From: Candidatus Micrarchaeota archaeon | Lineage (GTDB): Archaea; Micrarchaeota; Micrarchaeia; CABMEP01 | Length of the DNA: 29,499 bases | NCBI GenBank assembly: GCA_964545865.1 | Contig: CAZJHL010000001.1 | Coordinates: forward strand, 1 to 29,499 | Reading direction: 5' to 3' | In this document: piece after piece, positions 8,854 through 18,635 of the stretch | Layout of the letters: each line of letters opens with the position of its first letter | How positions within the stretch are numbered: position 1 is the stretch's first letter | Program-made: the position numbers and the translations under genes | The notes under the pieces: generated by a model | What the model saw: only the letters and a program-made list of their open reading frames with translations | What the model was told of the DNA's origin: nothing | The model's database searches: none

Positions 8854-9567
8854 TTAAACCTTTGAAACATAGCTTGAAATCTTCTCAGGAGAAAGGAATT
8901 CGAACTTCTTTGTGGTCACTGGGACGATTCCTACATCAAATATCTCTGACTTTAGCTTCATATCTGGTATCTTTTTGAGAGCCTTGAAACCGAGAAGTAT
9001 GAGCTCATCAAGGTTCATCTTTTCGTCATATTCCTTCTCAAAGAATTCTGAAACCTCGTTCCTTCCTGCACCTATAACTGCTGCCTTCATTCCTGTGTAT
9101 GAGCCGCTTGGCTCTGTTTCGAACACTCTTGGCTCTGAATCAACTCCAGCGAAGATTAATGAAGCGCCGAAAGGTCTTGCCCCACCATACTGAGTATATG
9201 CCTGCATCATGTCAGTTATTTCTCTTGTGATGTATTCAACATCTGCGGGCTCATTGTAGGTATACCTGTATTTCTGTGCTTCTATTCTTGCTGTGTCAAT
9301 CAGCCTTCTTGCATCTGCTATCAATCCAGATGCAACTATTGCCATATGCTCGTCTATCATAAATATCTTCTTTAGCGATTCTGGAACGAATAATTTTGAT
9401 ATTTTTGTCTTGTGCGCTATGAAAACCACTCCATCCTTCCCGGCCAATGCCATGGATGTTGCTCCCCTGTTAACTGCCTCTTTTGCGTATTCTACCTGAA
9501 AAAGTCTTCCATCTGGGGAGAAAACTGTAATTGCTCTATCATATGCAGAAGGTGATGTCGGATACAT
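8854..9567 (-). CDS. psmA: Proteasome alpha subunit
   Basis: YDRAITVFSPDGRLFQVEYAKEAV alpha signature and RPFGASL. Start placed at the ATG at 9567 after AAGGAGTGG. Confidence 0.97.
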   Translation of the reverse strand: MYPTSPSAYDRAITVFSPDGRLFQVEYAKEAVNRGATSMALAGKDGVVFIAHKTKISKLFVPESLKKIFMIDEHMAIVASGLIADARRLIDTARIEAQKYRYTYNEPADVEYITREITDMMQAYTQYGGARPFGASLIFAGVDSEPRVFETEPSGSYTGMKAAVIGAGRNEVSEFFEKEYDEKMNLDELILLGFKALKKIPDMKLKSEIFDVGIVPVTTKKFEFLSPEKISSYVSKV

Positions 9568-9675
9568 AATACCACTCCTTGTCATTTGAATGACAAATAA
9601 AAATAACAATAAATATTATAGGTTTATATTTAAAAAACTATTGACGCTCTTAGCTTGAAATATATACTTTAAAAT

Positions 9676-9918
9676 CTATCTGGAAATATTTGTGCTGTTC
9701 TGCTTGTAGATGATGGATACAGAAGTCATCCCACTGTCTTGCTTTGATGTTGCTGTTGCATTGCTCTCTGAATTGCTCTTGAAGATGTTTCCTTCATTGA
9801 AAAGAACAAATGTAGTGTATAATAGAAGCGCGAAAACAAACAAAAGAAGAACAAAACCCAATAGCTGCCGGTTTGACTTTGTAAGAAAACTCTTTTCCTT
9901 TGCTTTTTTAACAGCCAT
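9676..9918 (-). CDS. Small bitopic membrane protein, function unknown
   Basis: Basic N-terminus, one hydrophobic segment of about 22 aa, and a Ser/Thr/Asn-rich tail with N-x-S/T sequons. Confidence 0.6.
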   Translation of the reverse strand: MAVKKAKEKSFLTKSNRQLLGFVLLLFVFALLLYTTFVLFNEGNIFKSNSESNATATSKQDSGMTSVSIIYKQNSTNISR

Positions 9919-9941
9919 ATTCTACACCAGTCTCTCATCCA

Positions 9942-10676
9942 TCATCTTACTATAGTGTATTTAGATAGATAAAGATGGGCCTGGAGTACTACTAAGAATG
10001 GAAGAACAACCGCTGAGTTCATCAGTATTATGAACCCCTGCCTCATCATTGGATCTAAGAACATCATGAATGACAATGATGAAAATACGTAGATCATGAT
10101 GAATGCGATCAATAGCCACATTATGAAATTCAATGGCCTTCTGATTACGTGGTTGAAGCTGCTTACTAATGCTGGAACTGGCTTCTTCTCCTCTAGAACC
10201 ACTGCCGGCGCCATGTAGAAAAGACCTAATGAAACAATGAAATCCAACACGAGAGCTGGGAGCTCGTTCATGTTAATTGAAATTAAATAGCTGAGGAATA
10301 AGAATTCAAGCACCTTTATTCCAACGAATATTGCAAATACAGTTAAGGTGTATCTACTTAAATTCCTCATTGCCTCTGCAGACACCTTCGTTCTTGTTCT
10401 TGAAGCCTTGACTACTAGGGTGACTGCAACTGCAGCTAAAGATATAAACAAGAGTGAAATGCCTGCTGAAAGTATGATTGTTATGAAATCTGTCATTGTC
10501 ATTTCTGGAATGCTTCCAGACCTAAGGAAATAACCTCCTAATGCTGTGAAAACTGGCGCAGGCGAGAATGGAGGAAGCAATAAAACTAATGAAAGCAAGA
10601 ATGGGATTGAGAAAAACAATATCATTCCTATATTCTTTGTATAAGTTTCTATCGCATTTTTCAATACATCTATCAT
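9942..10676 (-). CDS. Polytopic membrane protein (about 6 TM), function unknown
   Basis: 244 aa with repeated hydrophobic segments and composition like the core genes. Confidence 0.7.
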   Translation of the reverse strand: MIDVLKNAIETYTKNIGMILFFSIPFLLSLVLLLPPFSPAPVFTALGGYFLRSGSIPEMTMTDFITIILSAGISLLFISLAAVAVTLVVKASRTRTKVSAEAMRNLSRYTLTVFAIFVGIKVLEFLFLSYLISINMNELPALVLDFIVSLGLFYMAPAVVLEEKKPVPALVSSFNHVIRRPLNFIMWLLIAFIMIYVFSSLSFMMFLDPMMRQGFIILMNSAVVLPFLVVLQAHLYLSKYTIVR

Positions 10677-10773
10677 AGTTCCACCCTTATTTTTCTAGAA
10701 ATAAATGTCCATCAAATCTTTTAAACATTCCTTTATACACTCCTTTAGCTTCCTATAGCTTCCTATGCCTTTC

Positions 10774-12276
10774 TTAGACCTTTCTTGCGCAGCCTGGAAG
10801 ATTGAATATCACAAAATAAGCAGAATTGGTTTGGAGCTTGCTTCCTCTTGTTGCTGCATCGTCATAAGATCTGATCTCAACCTTGTAGACGCCAGGAACA
10901 TAGTTGAATGGAGGGGATGAAGATATTGTTTCATTCAAATTTATGAATACCCCATCTGAATTATTCCACCAAACCATATTTCTTCCGTTCTCACTACTTG
11001 AGCCTGTTGAGCCAGAGATATCTGTTATATTGAATTTTAATCTCCAGATCTTTAAAGTTGTATTAAAATAGTAAATTGATATGTTTGTTTTAACTTCGCT
11101 TATCAAATAATTTACAGGGTCTTCCCTCCATATTCTCGCTGTAACGTTCATTTTTGATGGAATAAATGTAGTACCTTCATTAAAGAATCCCGATGGACTT
11201 GAGTATATCCTTACACTGATCGGATTGATATCACCTATCAAAACGCTTCCCACATTGACACTAGAAACTGAAGCGGAACCGCATGTTCCGACTACTGGGA
11301 CTGTCGAATTAAAGTCAAAGCTTATTGTTGGCGAGACGATAGTTCCTGGTAAGGCATTTGGTGCAGTTACTGTAACTGCAAAATCAACGCTTTGACCGGC
11401 GTTAATTGTTGAAGGCGAGAATGAATTTACAATAAAACCATTTGAAATATAAACGTTTGAAACTGTTGCATTCATATCTCCGCTATTGTTTAGCTTGAAT
11501 CTGAAGGTTACACTGCCCCCTGGAGTTACAGTATAATCGGATTGAACTGGGGTGAGGGTGAGATTTGGACCATTATAAACTGCCAATTTAATTTCTTTCC
11601 TAATTGGACTAAAGGTAGTTGATGTATAAGTTGAATCTTTCATGGGGCCGTCTGTTTCCCAAGTCCTAACAAATATTGAACAGTTTTGAAGAGTTGAAAT
11701 AAAAGATAAACTTTTACTTAAAGGTGGGGTTAATGAATAGGCTATTGAATTATTGAGATCGAATGAATTTAATACTGTCCCATTATCGATTATTGAAAAA
11801 TTACCATAGCAAAACATGCCGTGCTTAAATGATGCATCTCCCTTAGGCTGCCCAGGATTATAATACATACCGGTGCTGTTAAAAATTGCAAATGGATTCG
11901 GTCCGGTCCCATACTGATAATATTGGGTGTTAAAATAATATGAAACGTTGTTCAAGTAATCTGTTTTGTTAACAAGCAAAATTGAGAAAGGTTGGACGTC
12001 ATTTCCAACAGATGGACGTGGACCACAACCAAAAGTAGGGCAGGGAACCATAATATTTTGTAAATTTGAATAATTCCCATTAAAATAGGTTAATGCATCC
12101 AATGTTAGACCTGAACAAACAGCGGTTCCATCACTCAATTCTGTACCTAAAGTTGATATGTTCAATCCTAAACCTACAGATACATCTGAATCTATTCTAC
12201 TTTGCTGTATTCCTATAAATGTAATTGAGAAAGAAAAACTAAACATAATTAAAAGCAATAAGAATGTTTTTTTCAT
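10774..12276 (-). CDS. Secreted/surface glycoprotein with an Ig-like domain
   Basis: Signal peptide MKKTFLLLLIMFSFSFS, about 19 N-x-S/T sequons counted by hand, and an Ig-like segment VTPGGSVTFRFKLNNSG...INAGQSVDFAVTVTAP. Confidence 0.7.
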   Translation of the reverse strand: MKKTFLLLLIMFSFSFSITFIGIQQSRIDSDVSVGLGLNISTLGTELSDGTAVCSGLTLDALTYFNGNYSNLQNIMVPCPTFGCGPRPSVGNDVQPFSILLVNKTDYLNNVSYYFNTQYYQYGTGPNPFAIFNSTGMYYNPGQPKGDASFKHGMFCYGNFSIIDNGTVLNSFDLNNSIAYSLTPPLSKSLSFISTLQNCSIFVRTWETDGPMKDSTYTSTTFSPIRKEIKLAVYNGPNLTLTPVQSDYTVTPGGSVTFRFKLNNSGDMNATVSNVYISNGFIVNSFSPSTINAGQSVDFAVTVTAPNALPGTIVSPTISFDFNSTVPVVGTCGSASVSSVNVGSVLIGDINPISVRIYSSPSGFFNEGTTFIPSKMNVTARIWREDPVNYLISEVKTNISIYYFNTTLKIWRLKFNITDISGSTGSSSENGRNMVWWNNSDGVFINLNETISSSPPFNYVPGVYKVEIRSYDDAATRGSKLQTNSAYFVIFNLPGCARKV

Positions 12277-12317
12277 CAGACATACTTAGCTCTAATAATT
12301 TTTATTCCTTTCTATAA

Positions 12318-15300
12318 TTAAAATCTGATTGAAAGGTGTCCAGTTGGGATATTGTTCTTAAATATATTATTAAAGTCAACTGTGTCTCTTCCAGCTTTTG
12401 GCATTAAGCTCAATCCGACCCCTAATTCTGATTTCTTTCCTTGTATTCTTAATTCTGCACCGAAACCCTTGGGGGATAAAACATCTCCATTAAAGTATTC
12501 CCAAATAGACCAAGCGTAAGTATTTGTTTTTACATTAAGATCTAAGATGTTTCCTAGCTCTTTATTTACTGAAGTTCTAGGTGAACCATCTATAAAATCT
12601 ATATTAAACACAGTTCTCCAATTAATGCTTGCCGGTAATCCATTTATACCTAACCAACTAAATGGAATTGATAAAGGCATTGAAATGTTATTTGTCCTTG
12701 TTTGCATAAGCCATCTGTCATCATACTTAGTTACTGAAATTTCATCAAATAAATTTACTATTTCAACAAGTTTCTTTCCTACTATTTTATTTCCTTCCCA
12801 TTCATGTAAGACGTGTTCACCGAACTTTTGGAAAATCATTTTGTCTTCTTCAGACATTGATTTAATTGTCCAATCCTTATTGCCTCCAAAAAACTCAATC
12901 TTAACTTTTTCTTTTTCATCTACCCTTAAGTGATAACCGATTCCACCTAAAATTTTCTTCTCTTGTTTTGTTCCTTCATCGTATTTAAAGATCGGATTTC
13001 CGTAATTATCGTAGTCTTTGATGGACGCATAAACGTACTTTGTATCATATTGAATCCAACCTGTTTTTATATAAAGATCTTTCTTGATATAAATGTCCAG
13101 TGCGTTAACTGATCTTGTTTGATTCACTTTTAATTGCTTTGGAACGTTAACCAATGAAATTTCCGACCCGAATTGACTTGAAAGAAGATCGCTTGGCATT
13201 TGAGTTTTAAATTTGCCTTCTTTAATCGAATCTTTATTTTCCTCAAGCCATTTCTTTGTTGCATCTCCTCCGACTTTTGCTGGATCTAATTTGTAAGCCT
13301 GATTGATGGCATCGTATATTAATTTATTAACTTCAATTAAATTAAGCGGATTTTGATCGGCATTTTTTTGTAAATTCCATGCTTTATTAATTAAAGATGC
13401 AACACTTTCAGAGAATCTAGATTCGAATCCAGTCGGTACTCCTCCGATTCCACTTCCAGTATTGATACTGTTTTTGATGAAAAATGGGATTGAGATGGGT
13501 AACGATTCTGGAGCTTTGATTTTGATTTCCGCTGTTTCAAATTTAAATGATTTTAAGAATTTAAACGCATTTCCTTTTATTTTGAATATCCCTGAAAGGT
13601 TTAAATCTTCTTGAGAACTGATTTGAGGTAAATCAAATTCAAATCTATTGTTGTTATGAACATTCATTATTGAATTAAACGGCAGACTGTATTTATCATT
13701 TTCACTATAATTCTTGCTAGACTTCCATTTACCCGGTAACCCTGCGAACACCTTGGAACTGAATTTTATGGTTTCAGTATAAAATATTATTTGTGAATTA
13801 TCTTTCTTTCCAGGTTGGACGTCTAGTAATACGTTATCTGGCGGTAAAAACTTTACAATTGCCCTAACTTGATTTCCTTTTTCAATTAATTGAACATTAA
13901 ATCTAATCTGCTGAACTTGACATTCGCCAGAAATTGAATTTATGATTTTATTTGCCAAATCTCTTATCTCATTAGGTTTAGAAGGAAATACTGCCTTACC
14001 AGATAAATAATCATTCAATGGGGTTTGATCCTTTTTGAACTCTAAGCGTACCGCACCTAACTGTGGAACCCCTATGATTTTTTCTTTGCCGTCCTTCATT
14101 ATTTCAAATACCCCTTGAACTAATGAAGACATAAACAGATAATAGTCTGCCTTGTTATCTAAATACTTTTCATTATTCTTGCTTTTCAACATAATTTCAT
14201 TTGATTTGTCAATAATCATTGGTACCATATAATAGAACATCTCTGCAAGTGCTTTCGCTTGGTCTAGCTGGCGCGACATTGCGTCTTCTTTTTGAGAAGT
14301 TGACACTGCCTTTATTAATATATTATATGCTTCATCCATGAATACATACATCATTGCGGGCAATTGTCTAAGTACATCTGGATATTGAGAATATAATGGA
14401 GCGTAATTTACTATTTGTGTACGAATCAAATCGTGGATATATAATTTAATGGCTTCATATTTTATGCCGACTTCTTTATTGGCCATTGTATAGTAATTAA
14501 AACCTGCATCAAAACTACTTGAAATTCTTCCATCGTTAATGATTTTTAATATTTGATTATATACGTCTTTGCTGCTTTTAACACCTGGAACAACATTTCC
14601 ACTCAGGTAACCATCTGGATACAATGCTGCCTTATCGTTGTTTTGGTAAAGAAGAGAATCGCCATCCTTCCACAAGCCGATTTTAACTCTTTTTAACCCC
14701 TGGACCTGTAATTCGGAAAGCTTGCACTTGCCAGTTTGATCAAATAAGGCTTCATACAATTGGCCCGAAAGTAGTTTCTTAGAATCCAAATGGATCCATT
14801 TATCTGTAATAGAAAAACCGAATTCCTTTAAATTTATTGATTCTTTTTTGTCAACTAATTCTTGGATTATTTTAAGATCCTCTTCTCGGCCCTGTATCGT
14901 CATAATAGCTGAAATATTAAGTATAGTTAAATATTGTTGTTGCTCATGTCCGATCGGCCCATAGTTTAGGCTTGAACCTAAGATAGTAGCTAGTTTTTTC
15001 CTTTTTTCATCGGATTCTTCCATATATCTATTTATTTTTTCTACTATGTGTTGTAAATATTTTTTTTGCAGGAAATCTATTTTTACTTGTTCCTCTTTAG
15101 ATGTTTTCGATCGTGCGTAACCATAAAATCCTTTTTCTTTACCGAATGGAATTTCATTAATCACTTTAAATGTATTGCTTTCTTCTTTAGCTCTTAGATA
15201 TTCTAATTTTTTAGACTTAACTTCGCTATATGCCCTTGACCAAAATAAGTTTAGATTCTTTTGTTCTCCTTCTCGCAAAAAATCTTGTTTATTCATGATT

Positions 15301-15476
15301 TCACCTACTCTGTCACCCATCCTCTCATACCTAATTGTATTAAACGTTTGGTTTTTAAATTCTTTTGCTTCGGAAACTGGAATCCCATGGAATAACGGTT
15401 CGATTAATAAAAAAGAAGAGATAAGTAATCTGTTAAGATTTAATCTTCTTGAACGTGTGTTTTCCTTTAAGCGCAT
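12318..15476 (-). CDS. Giant hypothetical protein A (1052 aa): signal-like leader and beta-rich C-terminal domain ending in Phe
   Basis: Long ORF in an AT-rich region. Its N-terminal about 57 aa are homologous to the N-terminus of 19261..22506. Confidence 0.8.
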   Translation of the reverse strand: MRLKENTRSRRLNLNRLLISSFLLIEPLFHGIPVSEAKEFKNQTFNTIRYERMGDRVGEIMNKQDFLREGEQKNLNLFWSRAYSEVKSKKLEYLRAKEESNTFKVINEIPFGKEKGFYGYARSKTSKEEQVKIDFLQKKYLQHIVEKINRYMEESDEKRKKLATILGSSLNYGPIGHEQQQYLTILNISAIMTIQGREEDLKIIQELVDKKESINLKEFGFSITDKWIHLDSKKLLSGQLYEALFDQTGKCKLSELQVQGLKRVKIGLWKDGDSLLYQNNDKAALYPDGYLSGNVVPGVKSSKDVYNQILKIINDGRISSSFDAGFNYYTMANKEVGIKYEAIKLYIHDLIRTQIVNYAPLYSQYPDVLRQLPAMMYVFMDEAYNILIKAVSTSQKEDAMSRQLDQAKALAEMFYYMVPMIIDKSNEIMLKSKNNEKYLDNKADYYLFMSSLVQGVFEIMKDGKEKIIGVPQLGAVRLEFKKDQTPLNDYLSGKAVFPSKPNEIRDLANKIINSISGECQVQQIRFNVQLIEKGNQVRAIVKFLPPDNVLLDVQPGKKDNSQIIFYTETIKFSSKVFAGLPGKWKSSKNYSENDKYSLPFNSIMNVHNNNRFEFDLPQISSQEDLNLSGIFKIKGNAFKFLKSFKFETAEIKIKAPESLPISIPFFIKNSINTGSGIGGVPTGFESRFSESVASLINKAWNLQKNADQNPLNLIEVNKLIYDAINQAYKLDPAKVGGDATKKWLEENKDSIKEGKFKTQMPSDLLSSQFGSEISLVNVPKQLKVNQTRSVNALDIYIKKDLYIKTGWIQYDTKYVYASIKDYDNYGNPIFKYDEGTKQEKKILGGIGYHLRVDEKEKVKIEFFGGNKDWTIKSMSEEDKMIFQKFGEHVLHEWEGNKIVGKKLVEIVNLFDEISVTKYDDRWLMQTRTNNISMPLSIPFSWLGINGLPASINWRTVFNIDFIDGSPRTSVNKELGNILDLNVKTNTYAWSIWEYFNGDVLSPKGFGAELRIQGKKSELGVGLSLMPKAGRDTVDFNNIFKNNIPTGHLSIRF

Positions 15477-15533
15477 ATAAATCTAAGAATAAACCTATTT
15501 CGAATTAAAATACTTTTCGGTGTTGTTTTAGAG

Positions 15534-16730
15534 CTATTTCTCAGCAATGACGTTTAATCCATTGTCCTTAAGTGTCAAATGCAATTTATTTGTTTTGCTT
15601 ATTTCGTATATATACTCAACATCTTTGACTACCCTACTCACCAAAAAATCATAAAGTTTTTTGCTGTTTTTATCATTCAAATCTAAAGTGATGGGTTCAG
15701 AAAAATTAGATGACCAATCCTTACTATTAACTTGACTTATGAGATTTTTCACTTGACTACAATTATTAATCAAACTCTGAAGAAGTGTATTTTCTTTACC
15801 TGTTAATACTAAAGTTTTTGATGCTTCTTTCTGTTTGCCTTTTTCCTTATCTTGTTCCTTTTCTTTTTCTTCTTTCTTCTGTTCTTTTCCTGTCTGAATT
15901 GATTTCTCTTCTTTTTTCTTCTCTTTTGCAGATTCTTTTGATGCAACATACTTCTCAAACGTTTGCCTTATTTCATTTAAGGATTTTTCAAGTCTTTCTA
16001 TCTTCTCTTTATTTTCACCTTTTTCTTTTTCCAATTCCTTCTTCGTCTCTTGATGTAGTTTTATAATTTTTTGCATGGCATTAACATAACGTTCAATTTC
16101 ATCTGTATCTTTTTTACTTGAAGCATACTTTACCAAATCAGGTAAATCTTTCAGTGATTTGAAATCTTCTTTAAATCTAGTCCACCACGTCTCCTTTTTT
16201 GTTTTAGAATCTATTTTTTCTAATGTTTTTTCCATTTCGGAGATTGCATTTGATACTGCTTCAGTTGACTTTTGAATATCTGTAAGTGGAACGGATGAAA
16301 CTTGAATTTCTTGTGATTTTGTTTCTAAAGAAGGTGTTTGGACCTGTTCTTTCTTAATCAATTCTGGCATTTCATCCAGTTTTATCACTCCTTTTTCTTT
16401 ATCTATAATGGGAATAATTAAACCCATCTCTTGTGCTTCTCTTGTTACATTTAAACTGGCTAAATCATCTTCAAATAAGTCAACTTGCGTTTTCTTGAAT
16501 GCAGAAGTGAATATCAGATCGATTTTGATGTGGTCTTCTTCATAAATTTTAATATCTTTAAAAATCGGTTTTTCGCCTTTGTTAATACGAATTATGTCTG
16601 TATTGATTCTTTTAAGAATTATATCTCCTACATCTTGTGGAATCTTATCTTTGCTTATATATTTTTCAATCAATTCTTTTTTTTCATTTAAACTAACTAT
16701 CTCTTTTGGAATGATCTTTTGTCCTGCCAT
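15534..16730 (-). CDS. Hypothetical Lys/Glu-rich coiled-coil protein
   Basis: Long ORF. The likely start is MAGQK at 16730 after GGTGAAGGTGG. It has a low-complexity KE tract. Confidence 0.7.
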   Translation of the reverse strand: MAGQKIIPKEIVSLNEKKELIEKYISKDKIPQDVGDIILKRINTDIIRINKGEKPIFKDIKIYEEDHIKIDLIFTSAFKKTQVDLFEDDLASLNVTREAQEMGLIIPIIDKEKGVIKLDEMPELIKKEQVQTPSLETKSQEIQVSSVPLTDIQKSTEAVSNAISEMEKTLEKIDSKTKKETWWTRFKEDFKSLKDLPDLVKYASSKKDTDEIERYVNAMQKIIKLHQETKKELEKEKGENKEKIERLEKSLNEIRQTFEKYVASKESAKEKKKEEKSIQTGKEQKKEEKEKEQDKEKGKQKEASKTLVLTGKENTLLQSLINNCSQVKNLISQVNSKDWSSNFSEPITLDLNDKNSKKLYDFLVSRVVKDVEYIYEISKTNKLHLTLKDNGLNVIAEK

Positions 16731-16813
16731 CTTGCCACCTTCACCCATAATACCACGATTATATTACGTGTCCCATATTTAAATATATTTGTTTGGTACT
16801 AAAGGTCTATACA

Positions 16814-16827
16814 AAAAAATATATAAA
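16814..16827 (+). promoter_or_regulatory. BRE/TATA-like element AAAAAATATATAAA
   Basis: Lies about 22 nt upstream of the ATG at 16849. An identical 14-mer occurs at 19184-19197. Confidence 0.5.
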
Positions 16828-16848
16828 TAGTGGTGGAGAAATTAAGCT

Positions 16849-17790
16849 ATGCAAGCACAAATTAAAGATGAATACAGTATAATTAAAAAAAGATATATCG
16901 AGATCAATGAAAAATTCAGAAATCAGTCAAAATTGACTTCTACTCAAAAAGAAGAGTTAATAAAAGAAATCTCTGCCTTAAATTCTCAACTTAAAAAGAA
17001 TCCCGAAATAGGTAAGAAACTTGAAGAAGAGATGAAAATTATTCTTTATAACTCAGATGGCACGTATAATGGAAACCGAATCAAGATAATGGCGTATTGG
17101 ATAAGAAGAGAGGAAATGAACAAGGAAATTTTAAAACTTAGAGACGATAATTTGGCAGTAATAGAATTGATTAATGAACCTAAAATGAGAAAACGACTTA
17201 AGAAAACAACCGAATCCATTGAAAACCTTAGAAACGCGGAAATTGAGGAAAATTCAAGCAATACGATGTTAAGAAAGTTTTATCTGGACATAATAGAGAT
17301 ATATGAACAAAGCATAGAAATCGCAAAAGAAAGAAATATTGAATATAAAGGAATGCTCGTTGGAATGGAAGATGCGGAAAAATTCAATAATTTCATGGTT
17401 GGACAGATAGACCTCTCCTTAGCTGGTTTGATGAGTAAAGAGTTTGCGAAAACTATGTATCCTTATATTAGTCTATTTAAAAATAAAAAAGAATATAGCG
17501 AAGAAGAAATTAAATTAATGAATAATTTAAAAAGAGAAATACAAGCAAAAATAGATCAGCTTACAAAGAAACTTGAAAATGTTAAAGAAGTAAAAGAAAG
17601 AAGTCTTACTTTTTTCAAGAAAGTCGCAAGCGGAGATAGAAGCGCAAGTTTAGAAATGGTTCAAGAAGCGGCGGAAAAATGGAAGAAATTTGTTCCGAAT
17701 GCAAAAAAAGTTGAAGAACAAACAAAGATAGAGATAGAAGGTCTCATTCTTGCTTACTCTGCTTTAGATAGGCTACAAAAAACAGTTTAA
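16849..17790 (+). CDS. Hypothetical alpha-helical/coiled-coil protein
   Basis: 313-aa ORF with heptad-like K/E/I/L composition. Its stop abuts the pop5 stop with no gap. Confidence 0.7.
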   Translation: MQAQIKDEYSIIKKRYIEINEKFRNQSKLTSTQKEELIKEISALNSQLKKNPEIGKKLEEEMKIILYNSDGTYNGNRIKIMAYWIRREEMNKEILKLRDDNLAVIELINEPKMRKRLKKTTESIENLRNAEIEENSSNTMLRKFYLDIIEIYEQSIEIAKERNIEYKGMLVGMEDAEKFNNFMVGQIDLSLAGLMSKEFAKTMYPYISLFKNKKEYSEEEIKLMNNLKREIQAKIDQLTKKLENVKEVKERSLTFFKKVASGDRSASLEMVQEAAEKWKKFVPNAKKVEEQTKIEIEGLILAYSALDRLQKTV

Positions 17791-18114
17791 TTATTTGATT
17801 TTCTCCTTAGCCTTTCTTATTGTGCCTGACGTGTAGACTGCCTTAAGGTGAATCTTTTTTCCTTCGTATGAATTTAAAAGAGCCAAAGCAGTCTTTAAAT
17901 CCTCTACGCCTTCATTCAGGCATCTTATGATCGCTTTTTGTCTTAGGTTGTCAAAATAAGCAACGCTTGGCATCACTTTCGAGTAATGAATCTTGCCAAT
18001 CAAATTCAGAAAATCCTTCCTAAGTATGGAAACTAGGTCCTCCTTGGCCAAAGGAACCTCTGAGATGACCTCTATTGCAACGTACCTGTGATTCTCCCTT
18101 AGTGTAGGTTTCAT
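17791..18114 (-). CDS. rnp2: RNase P protein subunit Pop5/Rpp14 (P2)
   Basis: MKPTLRENHRYVAIEV...AIIRC...YTSGTIRKAKEK. Start moved to the ATG at 18114. Confidence 0.93.
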   Translation of the reverse strand: MKPTLRENHRYVAIEVISEVPLAKEDLVSILRKDFLNLIGKIHYSKVMPSVAYFDNLRQKAIIRCLNEGVEDLKTALALLNSYEGKKIHLKAVYTSGTIRKAKEKIK

Positions 18115-18132
18115 GAATCCACCAACCATATT

Positions 18133-18576
18133 TTACAAATGTCTTTTAAGAAGCATGAAGGACTGCCTTATCTGGTCTCTACTCATTCCGCACAGCCGCA
18201 TTATCGATGCAGCTTCATCTATGCTCCTTATAGAATACTTATCCTTTGCAAATGAAGCAACTATGAATTTAAGCTTATAATGCCTTCCTACTCTTATGAA
18301 ATTAGAAATACGATAGATTGCCAGATGGGGATTCTCATTCAAGATATCGGACAGGGAAATAAGGAACGGCTTATTTAGGGATTTCGCCTTGGCAAACATC
18401 TCTAACGAAATCTCGTATTTTGGGCAGTAAAGAATGCCTCCTTTCCTCATATTCTTTATTATCTTATCTGGATCTCCAATCACGAGCTTAGGCTTTATCT
18501 CTGAAAATTGATAGAATTTGACCTGGTCTTTGATGTTTGATTCGCTGTCTAGAGATTCCACTATGTCGAAGTACAT
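18133..18576 (-). CDS. rnp3: RNase P protein subunit Rpp30 (P3), shortened
   Basis: Lies between rpl15e and pop5. The C-terminal IVASFAKDKYSIRS...LCGMSRDQ resembles the Rpp30 end motif. Only 147 aa. Confidence 0.7.
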   Translation of the reverse strand: MYFDIVESLDSESNIKDQVKFYQFSEIKPKLVIGDPDKIIKNMRKGGILYCPKYEISLEMFAKAKSLNKPFLISLSDILNENPHLAIYRISNFIRVGRHYKLKFIVASFAKDKYSIRSIDEAASIMRLCGMSRDQIRQSFMLLKRHL

Positions 18577-18635
18577 GCTATCAAAATAAGTTAAAAGAAA
18601 AAGAATAAAAGATTAGGCTTATCTCTCGTACTAAT

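Noticed and set aside
15800-16060. Lys/Glu-rich tract as a DNA repeat array or CRISPR-like element
   Set aside because: It is low-complexity coding sequence with no fixed-length repeat and spacer structure. No CRISPR array was seen anywhere in the window.
16775-16786. 12-bp perfect palindrome ATATTTAAATAT as an operator
   Set aside because: It is all A/T and at promoter distance from divergent genes, so a TATA element is the simpler explanation.
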